Positions 1 through 10,638 of a stretch of DNA of 45,030 nt are shown here, one piece after another. Each line of letters opens with the position of its first letter. Within the stretch, counting starts at the first letter, position 1. Source of the stretch: Octopus bimaculoides (lineage: Eukaryota); NCBI RefSeq assembly GCF_001194135.2, contig NC_068990.1:73511042-73556071 (forward strand), written 5' to 3'. The notes under the pieces were generated by a model, which saw only the letters and a list, made by a program, of their open reading frames with translations, was not told the DNA's origin and made no database searches. The translations under genes were made by a program, and so were the position numbers.

Positions 1-34
1 AACAAAAAGAGAAAACGAGAGAAAAGGTACTTAC

Positions 35-106
35 TTTTATGTACATTTTGAACTGCCTGAGGTGACCTTGGTGCTTTTTTGTAGGTTTTTCACTCCAAGG
101 ATACAC
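35..106 (-). CDS. Candidate internal coding exon (72 nt, phase 0/0): VYPWSEKPTKKHQGHLRQFKMYIK, host gene unidentified
   Basis: Minus strand reads ttgtttacagtttag|GTG...AAA|gtaagt: canonical acceptor and strong donor, stop-free symmetric frame, non-repetitive sequence. No family assignment possible by eye. Confidence 0.55.
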
Positions 107-302
107 CTAAACTGTAAACAATATTTATTCCCGTTTTTGGGAAGATTTATAATTTTTGTACACCACACACCCCAACGATTACAATCCCTATTGATTTGAC
201 TTTTCTTTGTGTGTCCCACCCAGCCCACCTCGAAAATGAAAAACTCTACGCTTGTATTTCGTCCAATTTCTGTGTTCAGCCCTGTGTGGCTATAATAAAA
301 AC

Positions 303-398
303 ATATCTATCTATCTATCTAACTATCTATCTATCTATCTTTCTTTCTTTCTATCTATCTATCTATCTATCTATTTATCTATCTATCTACCCCCCCAC

Positions 399-431
<33 letters not shown>

Positions 432-466
432 CATGCATACATACAAGCTACAATCTAGTTGATATT

Positions 467-500
<34 letters not shown>

Positions 501-512
501 TGTTTGTATGTA
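303..512. repeat. Compound tetranucleotide microsatellite (ATCT)n/(ATAC)n/(TATG)n
   Basis: Directly visible; source of the IYLS and YIHT pseudo-ORFs. Confidence 0.95.
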
Positions 513-708
513 TGAGGGGTGCTGGAAAGTTCCTGGTTTTAAGGGTATCATGAAAAGCTTGGTTGGAGGTTCAACCTCCTGAGTGCTTTTACAGGACTGA
601 GAAAACTGAAGGATCACTACAATAAGAGTGAATCTGAGAGGAGAATAATTAACTGATCCTTCTGTATTTTCTTTTATTCAATGCCAGGAACTTTTCAGCA
701 TTCCTCTA
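513..708. mobile_element. Tc1/mariner-type MITE (~195 bp)
   Basis: Imperfect TIRs: left tgaggggtgctggaaagttcctgg versus reverse complement of right end gaggaatgctgaaaagttcctgg; TA at both flanks. Confidence 0.7.
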
Positions 709-892
709 TATGATTGGCTTGAAAAATTGTTAGGATATTAAAATATTTTTTCATAACATGAAACCAATGGTAGCCTTAATACACAAATAAAAAAATTCTA
801 TCCACCAATGCAGTGTTGAGCACTTATTCTTATTGTTCAATATTTATGTATATACAAATATATATATGTAGATTAGTAGATAGATACATACA

Positions 893-923
<31 letters not shown>

Positions 924-1150
924 GTACATTATTGAAAACTCAGTATCACTGAACTTTCAATAAGGTAGATTTGTTATGATCTTCGCCATTACTATCTATC
1001 TCTGTGAAACTCAATGAAATTTCTGTGAACATTTGAAAATTTGATTGTTTAGACATGTTTGTCCAGTTTTTACCTTGTAACTTTAAACTCTTCTTTATTT
1101 ATATACTTGTACCATTGACAAGCAAAAAATTGTCGAAATCGGTTTGGTAT

Positions 1151-1552
1151 ACTCTTTTACTTGTTTCAGTCATTTGACTGCGGCCATGCTGGAGCACCGC
1201 CTTTCGTCGAACATATCGACCCCAGGACTTATTCTTTGTAAGCTTAGTACTTATTCTATCGGTCTCTTTTGCTGACCTGCTAAGTTATGGGGACGTAAAC
1301 ACACCAGCATCGGTTGTCAATCGATGTTGGGAGGACAAACACAGACACACAAACATACACACGCTCAAACATATATATATATATATATGCATATATACGA
1401 CGGGCTTCTTTCAGTTTCCGTCTACCAAATCCACTCACAAGGCTTTGGTCGGCCCGAGGCTATAGTAGAAGACACTTGCCCAAGGTGCCACGCAGTGGGA
1501 CTGAACCTGGAACCATGTGGTTCGTAAGCAAGCTACTTACCACACAGCCACT
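1151..1552 (-). mobile_element. tRNA-derived SINE family A (CORE-like), full length
   Basis: Minus-strand head GTGGCTGTGTGGTAAG...GGTTCAGTCC (A/B-box-like), CORE-like CCTTGGGCAAGTGTCTT, internal (TA)/(CA) tract, (GAGTAAAA)-type tail. Near-identical copies at 31300 and 39852. Confidence 0.9.
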
Positions 1553-2081
1553 TCTAAAATTTAAAAACAATTCCATATTTTGAGATTCAGGTGCATTTTC
1601 AAACCCCAAAACAAATTCTCCTATACTTTTTCCTATGTGGGAATACACTGCTTCTTTCCACACGCACGCACACACACACACACACACACATGTATTGGAA
1701 AATGCGTGAAATTCTTGGTACAGTTAGATATATTTTAAAAAGGAAATCTGACCGTTATATTTTCCACCAAAAGTCAACTATTCAAATGGAACCAACAGGA
1801 GGACACTTTCATATAAAACACTCTCTAATCACCCCATCACCTCCCACTTCCACCCTCGATCAATTATCTTGCTTTTACCATTCACTATTTTCTTTCAGCT
1901 CTGATTCATCAACATTCCTTCACTCTCACACTTATTATTAACAAACCTCAATCCCACCCCAAACATGCCTGAATCTCTTATATATAGAATCACACAGCAC
2001 AACACAACCTGAAAATCAGTTTAACAATTTCAACTGACGAATGTGAAAAAAGTTCTCCAGAAAAGTTAACAAAGAACTTAC

Positions 2082-2098
2082 TAGATCTACAAACCAAA
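2082..2098 (-). CDS. Candidate 17-nt micro-exon (phase 1/0: xWFVDL)
   Basis: ttaattttacag|TTTGGTTTGTAGATCTA|gtaagt: strong acceptor and donor. Only the phase-1 reading continues in frame into exon 35-106. Confidence 0.3.
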
Positions 2099-2181
2099 CT
2101 GTAAAATTAACTTATATTATAAGTTAATATAAGAAAGTTAAATTAATTAGAACTACCAGTGAAGTCATTTTTTTCCTTTTT

Positions 2182-2248
<67 letters not shown>

Positions 2249-2270
2249 TATATATCTAGATATATATACA

Positions 2271-2494
2271 CAGTAATCCCTTGCCCTACCATGGTTCACC
2301 TATCGCAGTTTATTACCTAAGCTTACGTTGATTTCTCATTGGTGTTGTTTTGCATTTATAATGGAATAAATATATACAAATTACAAAAATAAAAAAAAAA
2401 ACATATACAGTACAGTACTGTTTCTACTTCCTGAATTTTCACCTATCGTGGGGGGTTTGGGAATGTAACATCTGTGATAGTCAAGGGATTACTG
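2271..2494. mobile_element. Tigger/pogo-like MITE
   Basis: 13-bp perfect TIR CAGTAATCCCTTG / CAAGGGATTACTG; TA on the right flank, (TA)n just to the left. Confidence 0.75.
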
Positions 2495-2851
2495 TATGTA
2501 TTACATGTATCTCTACATTGTTTACATAGATGTATTTGTAAACAAGACCTCATAACTTTCAATGCTGTCTAAATTCCATAGAAAATCTGTAGAAATACAC
2601 TTAAAAAATGGAAAACAATGCACTACTAACACAAAGTAGGATACAATATTGATTTATAAACCTTTAATATACTTGGTAGTTTATCATGGTTTGCAAAACG
2701 AAATATGGTATCCCTACTACCAATTAATATGGATATGTATTGTGGTAAATGGATCTCCTTGAGTTTTTATGATGACTATTCAGTTGTTTTCTTAACTGAA
2801 TTACTTGCTAATTGAATTAACATAGAAGTGGCTGAATGTTCCACATATATG

Positions 2852-3196
2852 GAAAAAAGGTAAAGATTCCCTTCAATCATGAATGACCATAGGATTGCAC
2901 CTAAAAAGTTACCCTCTGAGGCACATGTCCAGGCAAGGTTGTTTATGGAAGACCAGCAGTCGCCCTTGCATACCAAACTTCCCTCACCATGCCACCGATG
3001 TTATCTAAGAGAAAGACAAAGGCCGATACAGCTTGGCACCAATGACATCGCAACTCATTTCTACAGCTGAGTGAACTGAAGCAATATGAAATAAAGTGTC
3101 TTGCTCAAGAACACAACATACAGCCCAGTCTAGGAATCAAACTTACTCCCTCATGATTGTTAGTCCAAAGCTCTAACCTCTGAGCCATGCACTTTC
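2852..3196 (-). mobile_element. tRNA-derived SINE family B
   Basis: Minus-strand head GCATGGCTCAGAGGTTAGAGC...GTTTGATTCC followed by CTTGAGCAAGACACTTTATTTC. Homologous along its length to 15424-15755 and in part to 23990-24180. Confidence 0.8.
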
Positions 3197-3235
3197 ACAT
3201 TTATGGGTGCTTGTAAGATCATAATTCTCAAGTTA

Positions 3236-3455
3236 AAGGCAGCAAGTTGGCAGAAATGTTAGCATGCTGGGCTAAATGCTTAGTGGTATTTCATCTGTCT
3301 TTATGCTCTGAGTTCAAATTCCACAGAGGTCGACTGTGCCTTTTATTCTTTCAGAGTCGATACATCAAGTACCAGTTGTGTACTGGAGTCAATCTAATTG
3401 ACAAGCCCCGTCTCCCCAAATTTCAGGCCTTGTGCCGAGAGTAGAAAAGAATAAT
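3236..3455 (+). mobile_element. SINE family C (tRNA-like head, Meta-domain-like centre)
   Basis: GGCAGCAAGTTGGCAGAA...CTGAGTTCAAATTCC...GAGGTCGACT...AAGTACCAG. Homologous copies at 21367, 21661, 32522 and 40455. The Meta-domain assignment is from remembered consensus, not a search. Confidence 0.8.
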
Positions 3456-4294
3456 TCTCAGGTTGAGTCAGCTATACATACAGTGTGAGAAAGGTAGACC
3501 TTTGAATGCCAACCAGCTTTTCTACATTTCCTTTCCACCTAGTTTTACTCATGATGCTACGGTTGAACAGTGGTCAATGTTCCCATTTATTTTTAGCATT
3601 AGGAATGTGGCAGAAATTTGCTTGAGTGAAAATTTTGTGTTTCTTTGCAAACTATGAGCATGTACACAAGCATAAGAGTAAAGATCTTCAATGAAAAACA
3701 TCTTATTTGATCTTGATAACCTAGTGTGCACATATATTTTTTTATTCTTGCATGCTGCTTGGACAACATACGGGTATGCATGGACATGCACAAGTGCACA
3801 GCTCAGAGGAAACACTGCCTGAGGTTATGTTTACCATAAAAATATTTACTCAAGATTCCATGCCATGGGATTGAACTCAGGACTTCATTACTGCAAAGCA
3901 AACTTCTTAAACATTTAGCCTTGCTACCTCTTAATAAATGAATCATTTTATAACAACAGTAACCTAATATACTAAGTAAAGTGATAGTGTCATTAAAAAA
4001 AAAGAAGCAATATATTCATAAAAGACAATCTCACAGTTCAGCAACAATAGTTTATGTTAAATTAATTACTGGTTAAAAAAAAAAAACAATAAAATATAAA
4101 AATAAGATAACTGTTCATTTTTGTCAAAATAAACAAAAGACACAAACTCTAATTTAACTCTAAGTTTCTTTCTCTTTTTTTTTTTTTGCATAATAGGAAA
4201 GTAAATATATAAAGAAACGATTATCAGAGAAAGTCTACATGATTCTGTGATTAGTCTAATGCAATAACTCACTTTCTATGTATCGTTACATTAC

Positions 4295-4347
4295 TTTTAA
4301 ATATTGAACATTTTCAAAATGGCTTCCAGCTCTTGCAACTTGGCATT
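4295..4347 (-). CDS. Candidate exon (53 nt, phase 1/0): xCQVARAGSHFENVQYLK
   Basis: Strong pyrimidine tract ttctttctccttgtctaatattacccag|; donor AAA|gtaatg, with an alternative donor gtgagt at 4271-4272. One open frame, compatible in phase with exons 10609 and 35. Confidence 0.45.
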
Positions 4348-5112
4348 CTGGGTAATATTAGACAAGGAGAAAGAACATTTTTGTTTGAATTGTATTATGT
4401 TGTGCTGAACATTTAATAGTTTTGAGACTCCGATACTATTCATCTAAACAAATAATATTCCACTTAACATTATATTTTTCTTACCAACGTTGGGAATTGG
4501 CAGTCATTAGATTATTAGATAGAAAGCCATGCAATATTTGTTCCAACTCGGTGCATGCTAAGTTCAAATCTCATTGAGGACAAATTTATCTTTCAGTCTT
4601 TTAGGGTTTGTATTCTGAGTTCAAATCCTGCCAAATCCAGGCTATGTCTGCTCTGATAATTGACAATGACTTGATCACTGAAATCTCTGCAATTGTTGAC
4701 AATCAACAGTAAGATGAGCTGCTATGGATCACACTAAACCGAAGTGGATATACATGTGACAAGGGACCAAATGTGAACTTATATCCCTACTGAAACTCCA
4801 AGCATGAACTCTGCACCCCAACAATGAACGATGTCTAATGCTACAGTATCTGTGCTATCTGATGTACTTGCTCTCTCAGTGGGGTATTTGTTAAATATGC
4901 AAGCTGGATTTTGGGGTTTTAGGCAGAAGCATTACTTTGTCTGCTGGAATGTTAGGGCTGACTTTTAAATGTGGTCAGCATTCATGAGGGACATAGTGAA
5001 CTCATTAGTCAGAGCCAGCTCAATCTACCCTGGGTAAATAGTGCCACAAGAACAAGGACAGGTAAGTACAAATACTGTCACAGTCTACTCGTGGAGCAGA
5101 CTTAATCTGTGA

Positions 5113-5430
5113 AGGCATGTGGCTAAAGGGTTAGGAGTATTCAGCTCATAATTGTAAGGTTGTGAGTTCAGTTCCCAGCAATGCATTGTGTCCTTGAGCA
5201 AGGCATTTTATTTCAAACTGCTCCAGTCCACTCAGCTGGCAGAAACGAGTTGTACCTGCAATTCAAAGGGCCAACCTTGTCATATTCTGTGTCATGCTGA
5301 ATCTTCCTGAGAACTATATTAAGGGCATGCGTGTCTGTGTCGTGCTCAACCACTTGCACATTAATTTCATGAGCAGTCTGTTCTGTGAATTGGATCAACT
5401 GGAACCCTTGTCGTTGTAACCAACAGAATT
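5113..5430 (+). mobile_element. SINE, family B head with a different 3' half
   Basis: GGCATGTGGCTAAAGGGTTAG...GAGTTCAGTTCC...CCTTGAGCAAGGCATTTTATTTC...CTCCAGTCCACTCAGCTGG matches the family B 5' region. Confidence 0.7.
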
Positions 5431-5574
5431 TAACACCACTGTCTGGTACCTTAGGATGAGGGGGAGGTAAGTGGGTCTAGTGGTTAAGTTGCTGCACTCA
5501 CAATCGTGCAAACGTGGGTTTGATTTGTGGACAGGGTGATGTCTTGTTTTCATGAATATAACACTTCATCTCAC

Positions 5575-5876
5575 AATCATTATCGTCATATAATGTCTGT
5601 TTTCCATGCTGGCATGGGTTGGAAGTTTGGCTATAGCTGGCAAGCAGGAGAACTGCACTAGGCTCAGGTCGTGTTTTTGGATTGGCTTCTATGGCTGGAT
5701 GTCCTTCTTAACACCAACCACTTCACAAAGTGAACTGCATGCTTTTTACATGGCACTGGTGCTTTTTATGTGGCACCAGGACAGGTGCTTTTTAGATGGC
5801 TCCAGCACAGGTGTTTTTCATGACGCCGGCACAGGTGCTTTGTAAATGGCACAGGTGCTTTGTATGTGGAACCAGC
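5575..5876 (-). mobile_element. Family D retroelement 3' end ((GAT)n tail, RTE-like) with internal ~22-bp tandem repeat
   Basis: Reverse-complement homology to 18541-18736 (CCATGC.AGCATGGAAA; GGATG.CCTTC.TAAC.CCAACCAC); repeated GGCACAGGTGCTTT units at 5750-5870. Confidence 0.7.
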
Positions 5877-6577
5877 AAAAAAAAAACAAAAGGGATACAG
5901 TAATGGCAATGCGTGGATAGAAGTTTGTTCCAGTACTGCTCTATTATCCAGTTCACTTGGAAAATGCCCTTCACTGAATATATCTAAATAAAATCCGATA
6001 AGCTGAAGCTTAGTGGAAATATGTCAGTGAAAAATTTTCAATTCTTGGAATATATTTTGAGTTTGGGGGAGATTTAACTGCATTTTCTAGAAGGTCAAGT
6101 TCTTCTTGTTGGTTTGTTGAATGGTTCTGTGATAAAAGGACATCTGCATGTTTAAGAGATTGCTCCAGAAAGTCATAGAATGGGTCATATTTGATTTTAT
6201 GTAATTATTACATTTGACAGGATAATGTAAATGCTAAAGAGTTAATAGAGTGAATTAGAAGAGCCATTAGAGTACTGAATAAAGTACTTTGCAGTGTTCA
6301 TTCTGAGTTCAAATCCAGCTGCAGTTAACTTTGCCATTTATCTGTTTGGGATTAATAAATAAGGAACCAGTGAATGGTTGCAGTCTGGCAAAATCATTTG
6401 AGGGTTGTATGAGATGCCTTGCAATATATGTTCTGCCACTTTCTTGTTCTCAGTTCAAGTTTCATCTAGAGTTTCAAATCCAACAAATATCCAAGGATAG
6501 CCACTTGACCATGGGACCACAAAATGACACCTGCCATGGGTAGATGAAGGCTGAAGCTATCTGCTACTGCAGTCAGT

Positions 6578-6592
6578 TGATGATGATAAGGA

Positions 6593-6623
<31 letters not shown>

Positions 6624-6905
6624 GTTGATGGTAATAGGGAGGATGATGCCAACATCAATGATGACAAAATTGAGGGTTTTTTTATGCTAATGATGTTGAT
6701 GATGATGATGATGATAGTGGTGATGATGATAAGGTGGAAGAGGATAAGGAAGAAAAGGAGGAGGAAGAGAACGAGGAGGAAGAGTGTAAGAATGGGCATG
6801 ATGATGGTGGTGATAATGATAATGATGAGGATGATTATGATGGCAAGAACAACAACAATATTGCTGCTGCTGCTGATGATGATGATGAAGTTTATAGTGA
6901 TGATT
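6578..6905. repeat. Degenerate trinucleotide tract (GAT/GAG/AAC/GCT)n
   Basis: Directly visible; yields poly-M, poly-D/E and poly-I/H ORFs in different frames. Confidence 0.9.
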
Positions 6906-7271
6906 CTTTTAGACAAATTATATTCCACTCAGCAAATGTTATTTCCCTTACAAATCATCATACAGTATCTTGGTTTTAAATCTCTTGTTCTAAATCAGTA
7001 ACTATCTGGTCTTCCTGTAAAAGAAATCGCTCTAACAAGGAAACCATCTTACTCAAACAAACTTAATCTATTTTTCATATAAACATAACTATTAATCCAT
7101 TAATGAATATTTTGCTTTCACTGATCAAATCTCTTTGCATAATCTCATTTGTTGTTATTTTCATTTTGGTTCTAACCCCGGGTTATCTGTGATTGAGCAC
7201 AAACCTATGTATGATCAAAGGTACCCACACACACCATATTCATCTTGTTCATTTTATTTTTCATGTATAAG

Positions 7272-7458
7272 TGCAGGCATAGCTGTGTTGATAGACACAG
7301 GTTTAGCTGCATGGTAAGAAGCTTGCTTCCCAACTATATAGTTCTGGGTTCAGTTCCACTGTGTGGCACCTGGGACAAGTGTCTTCTACCTTAGCTCTGG
7401 TTTGACCAAAGCCTTGTGAGTGGATTTAGTAGATGGAAACTGAAAGAAGCCTGTAGTA
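7272..7458 (+). mobile_element. SINE family A, 5' half only, ending in (TA)n
   Basis: Head and CORE-like region homologous to the 1151 copy; no 3' half after the (TA)n. Confidence 0.8.
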
Positions 7459-7581
7459 TATATATATATATATATATATATCTATAATATAAACTGAACA
7501 TGGGCGACCGTTGTATTCTTTCTTGTCTCGAGGTTCACGGCCAAATGTCTGGGTGGATTCGCATGAAAAATAGCTGGGAAA

Positions 7582-7828
7582 ATGGATTGAAAACGAGGTT
7601 CTGGAATGAAAACGAGGCTCTGGATTGAAAACGAGGCTCTGGAATGAAAACGAGGCTCTCGAATGAAAACGGGGCTTTGGAAAGAAAACGAGGCTCGGGA
7701 ATGAAAACGAGGCTCTGGAATGAAAACGAGGCTGCGGATTGAAAACAAGGCTCTGGAACGAAAACGAGGCTCTGGAATGAAAACGAGGCACTGGAATAAA
7801 AACGAGGCTCTGGAATGAAAACGAGGCT
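7582..7828 (+). repeat. 19-bp minisatellite, 13 units, CTGGAATGAAAACGAGGCT
   Basis: Units counted directly, 0-4 substitutions each, no length variation. Confidence 0.95.
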
Positions 7829-8472
7829 CTTGAATGTTGAATATTCCTTCCACACCTTCCTCCCCTTCACCCTCAAATCCACCTCTCTGGAATGTTGAGA
7901 ATTCCATCCTCCCCTTCCTCCTTCTTCCCACTCAAATCCCCCTCTCTGGAATGTTGAGCATTCTTTCCTCCCCTTCCTCCCCTTCTCACTCAAATCCCCC
8001 TCTCTGGAATGTTGAACATTCCTTCCTCCCCTTCTTCCCATTTCCCCTGAAATCCCCCTCTCTGGAATGTTGAACCTTCCTTCCTCCCCTTCCACCCCTA
8101 CACCCTCTAATCCCCTCTCTGAAATGTTGAACATTCCTCCCTCCCCTTACTCTCCTTCCCCCTCATATCCCCTTCTCTGGAATGTTGAACATTCCTTTCT
8201 CTCCTTCCTACCTTCCCCCCTCAAACTCTTTCTCTGGAATGTTGAACGTTACTTCCTCTCTTTCCACTCCTTTCCCCCTCATATCCCCCTCTCTGGAATG
8301 TTGAAATTTCTTCCTTCCCTTCCCCTCAATTTTTCCTCTCTGGAATGTTGAATATTCTTTCCTCACCTTCTTCCCTCAAATCCCCCTTTGTGGAATATTG
8401 AACATTCCTTTCTCCCTGTTCTTCCCTTCCCTCCTTAAATCCCTCTGTTTGGAATGTTAAGCATTCCTTCCC
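7829..8472 (+). repeat. ~50-59-bp minisatellite, 12 units, palindromic core GGAATGTT-G-AACATTCC plus C/T-rich spacer
   Basis: Twelve (G)GAATGTTGAA-like cores counted; polypyrimidine spacers of variable length. Confidence 0.9.
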
Positions 8473-8475
8473 TTC

Positions 8476-9066
8476 CGAGGATGTGACTTCCTGGAAAATT
8501 CCGATGATTTCCTGTAAATTTCCGAGTTGTAGTGATGTCAGGAAAGTTCCGAGTATGGTACTTTTTAGAAAATTTCGAAGATGAGCTACTTCCTCTATAG
8601 TTCCGTAGAGGGGCGAACTACTTCATGGAAAGATCCGAGGAGGGGCTGCGAATTACTTCATGGAGAATTCCGAGGAGTAGTCGCGAATTACTTCCTGGAA
8701 AGTTCCAAAGAACTGGATGAAGTACTCCCTGGTAAGTTCCGAGGTGGAGGTAATACTTCATGGAAAGTTCCGATGAAGGGTAATTTCTTCCTGGAAAGTT
8801 CCAAGGATTTGGAGGAGGGGAGGAATTACTGCACGGAAAGTTCTGAGGCGGAGGAGAAGGAATTACTTCCTGTAAAGTTTCAAGGAAGGGAATGAAGGTG
8901 AGGAGTTATTTCCTGGAAAGTTCTAAGGAAGGGTAGGAATGAGAGGAATTACTTCCTGGAATGTTCCGGAGGCGAGGAATTACTTCCTGGAAAGTTCAGG
9001 AGGGGAGGAATTACTTCCTGGAAAGTTCAGGAAGGGAGGAATTACTTCCTGGAAAGTTCTGAGGAG
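8476..9066 (+). repeat. ~30-45-bp minisatellite, ~18 units, consensus GAGGAGGGGAGGAATTACTTCCTGGAAAGTTCC
   Basis: Units counted by eye; most homogeneous at the 3' end (8940-9060). Confidence 0.9.
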
Positions 9067-9343
9067 GGGCGCCCATCATGCTGCTGCGGAATTAGGATGC
9101 TCCAATAATGTGTAACATCACGTGCATGATAATCAAAATTTATACTCCCGAGTTTTACAAGCAATCATCTTGAATGGACCGGCCGCTGGTCAAGATGTTC
9201 TTATAACTCCAATGTCCTTCCCTTCCTCCAATACGATCTACAAGTTTAAGCGGCTTCAATTTCCTGTCAAACTCCCCTTTGCAATGGCTATAAATAAGGC
9301 ACAGGGTCAATCATTGCAAATGGTTGGTTTAAATCTCACAGAC
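9066..9343 (+). pseudogene. Helitron Pif1-family helicase C-terminal fragment (one stop, one frameshift)
   Basis: GAPIMLLRN*DAPIMCN then VLQAIILNG...GQDVLI...FKRLQFPVKLPFAMAINKAQGQSLQMVGLNL, matching the Helitron RepHel motifs PIMLLRNL..LCNGTRL and FKRLQFPV.LAFAMTINKSQGQSL..VGL.L. Confidence 0.9.
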
Positions 9344-9579
9344 ATTGGACATTTGGACATTCAAACATTATGTTTATTTCCAGTTAGTTTATTCATAATA
9401 ATTGTCCAACATGTGTTTCTTATATACCCTGAAGAGATCGTACTAATAATACACTTATTGCTGCATATAAATAAGCAAAAATATGCAGTTAATGTGATCG
9501 AAACAGGTATTGGACAATTATTATGAATAAACTAACTGAGAATAAACATAAAGTTTGAATATTCAAATTCTTCATTGTC
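9341..9579. mobile_element. Foldback MITE with 50-bp core inverted arms, truncating the helicase fragment
   Basis: 9360-9409 is the reverse complement of 9510-9559 with 3 mismatches; weaker homology extends to 9341 and 9579; 100-bp spacer. Confidence 0.75.
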
Positions 9580-9589
9580 CTCATTATCC

Positions 9590-10031
<442 letters not shown>

Positions 10032-10608
10032 AGCTATGTCTAGATTGTTTGAAGTGGTGTACAGATCTTATATATTAAGAAAAAAGGAGTTAGTCACAAT
10101 TTTAGACAACTATTTATTTAGCACTTTCATCTCATTTCAGAGAATCATCACACATGATTCTCTCCTATTTCTTTATATATATATATATCACAGTTACCCA
10201 TCTACATATACTCAGCCTCCCACAAAAATACACATATAACAATGCATTTATTTATGTATATTTGTCCAACAAACAGCAGCTATCACTACCCAATGGCCCA
10301 AGGGCATCAGATTCCTAAGGGAATGAGACAAGACACCTCTGACAAATGTGACAGAAGGGCATCTGTTTTCTATTTTGCATCAAGCCTCAGACTAGGAGAG
10401 GCAAATAAACCTAAATGGTAGACTTGTCTTTCCAGAGAAGGTGGTAGTAACATTGCTCTAACCAGACATGTTTCTTCAACCCAGGAACATAAAACAAAAA
10501 TCAATCATTGTGGTTGAATTCACAGAGCTTTAAGAAAACAGAAGATGTCTGCAAGGATACACAATAGGATGAATCTGGAATAATATGACTGCGAATCAAA
10601 CTTCTTAC

Positions 10609-10638
10609 CTGTACTGTCATGTCTACCATCAGTCAGTG
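10609..10638 (-). CDS. Candidate 30-nt exon (phase 1/1): xLTDGRHDST; alternative acceptor gives 10609-10668
   Basis: aaattttctttcaag|CAC...CAG|gtaaga: strong donor, open frame, phase-compatible with both neighbours. Confidence 0.4.

Larger units (their letters stand above)
7481..9343 (+). mobile_element. Helitron remnant: putative 5' TC terminus, three minisatellite arrays, helicase fragment
   Basis: A|TCTATAATATAAACTG at 7480/7481 resembles Helitron 5' ends; unambiguous helicase fragment at 9066-9343. No 3' hairpin/CTRR end found, so the outer boundaries are inferred. Confidence 0.65.

Noticed and set aside
1314-1583. Recurrent ORFs such as RLWSARGYSRRHLPKVPRSGTEPGTMW (also at 31471 and 14964)
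   Set aside because: Translations of SINE-A copies, not a gene family.
4640-5100. Possible APE endonuclease relic, and a perfect plus-strand donor CAG|gtaagt at 5062
   Set aside because: Motif matches are too weak, and no convincing acceptor or partner exon was found.
6578-6979. Acidic D/E-rich protein (shell or reflectin-like cargo)
   Set aside because: The D/E frame is broken at a T-run near 6680, there is no splice support, and similar phase-locked tracts occur at 19490, 20460 and 43490 as repeat tails.
7426-8895. ORFs with EPRFHSRASFSFQSL and PSSPSNPPLWNVE repeats
   Set aside because: Products of 19-bp and ~55-bp units that are not multiples of three; frames shift between units and both strands are open.
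7829-9066. CRISPR-like appearance (palindromic repeat plus spacer)
   Set aside because: Spacers are low-complexity and similar to each other, there are no cas genes, and the context is eukaryotic.
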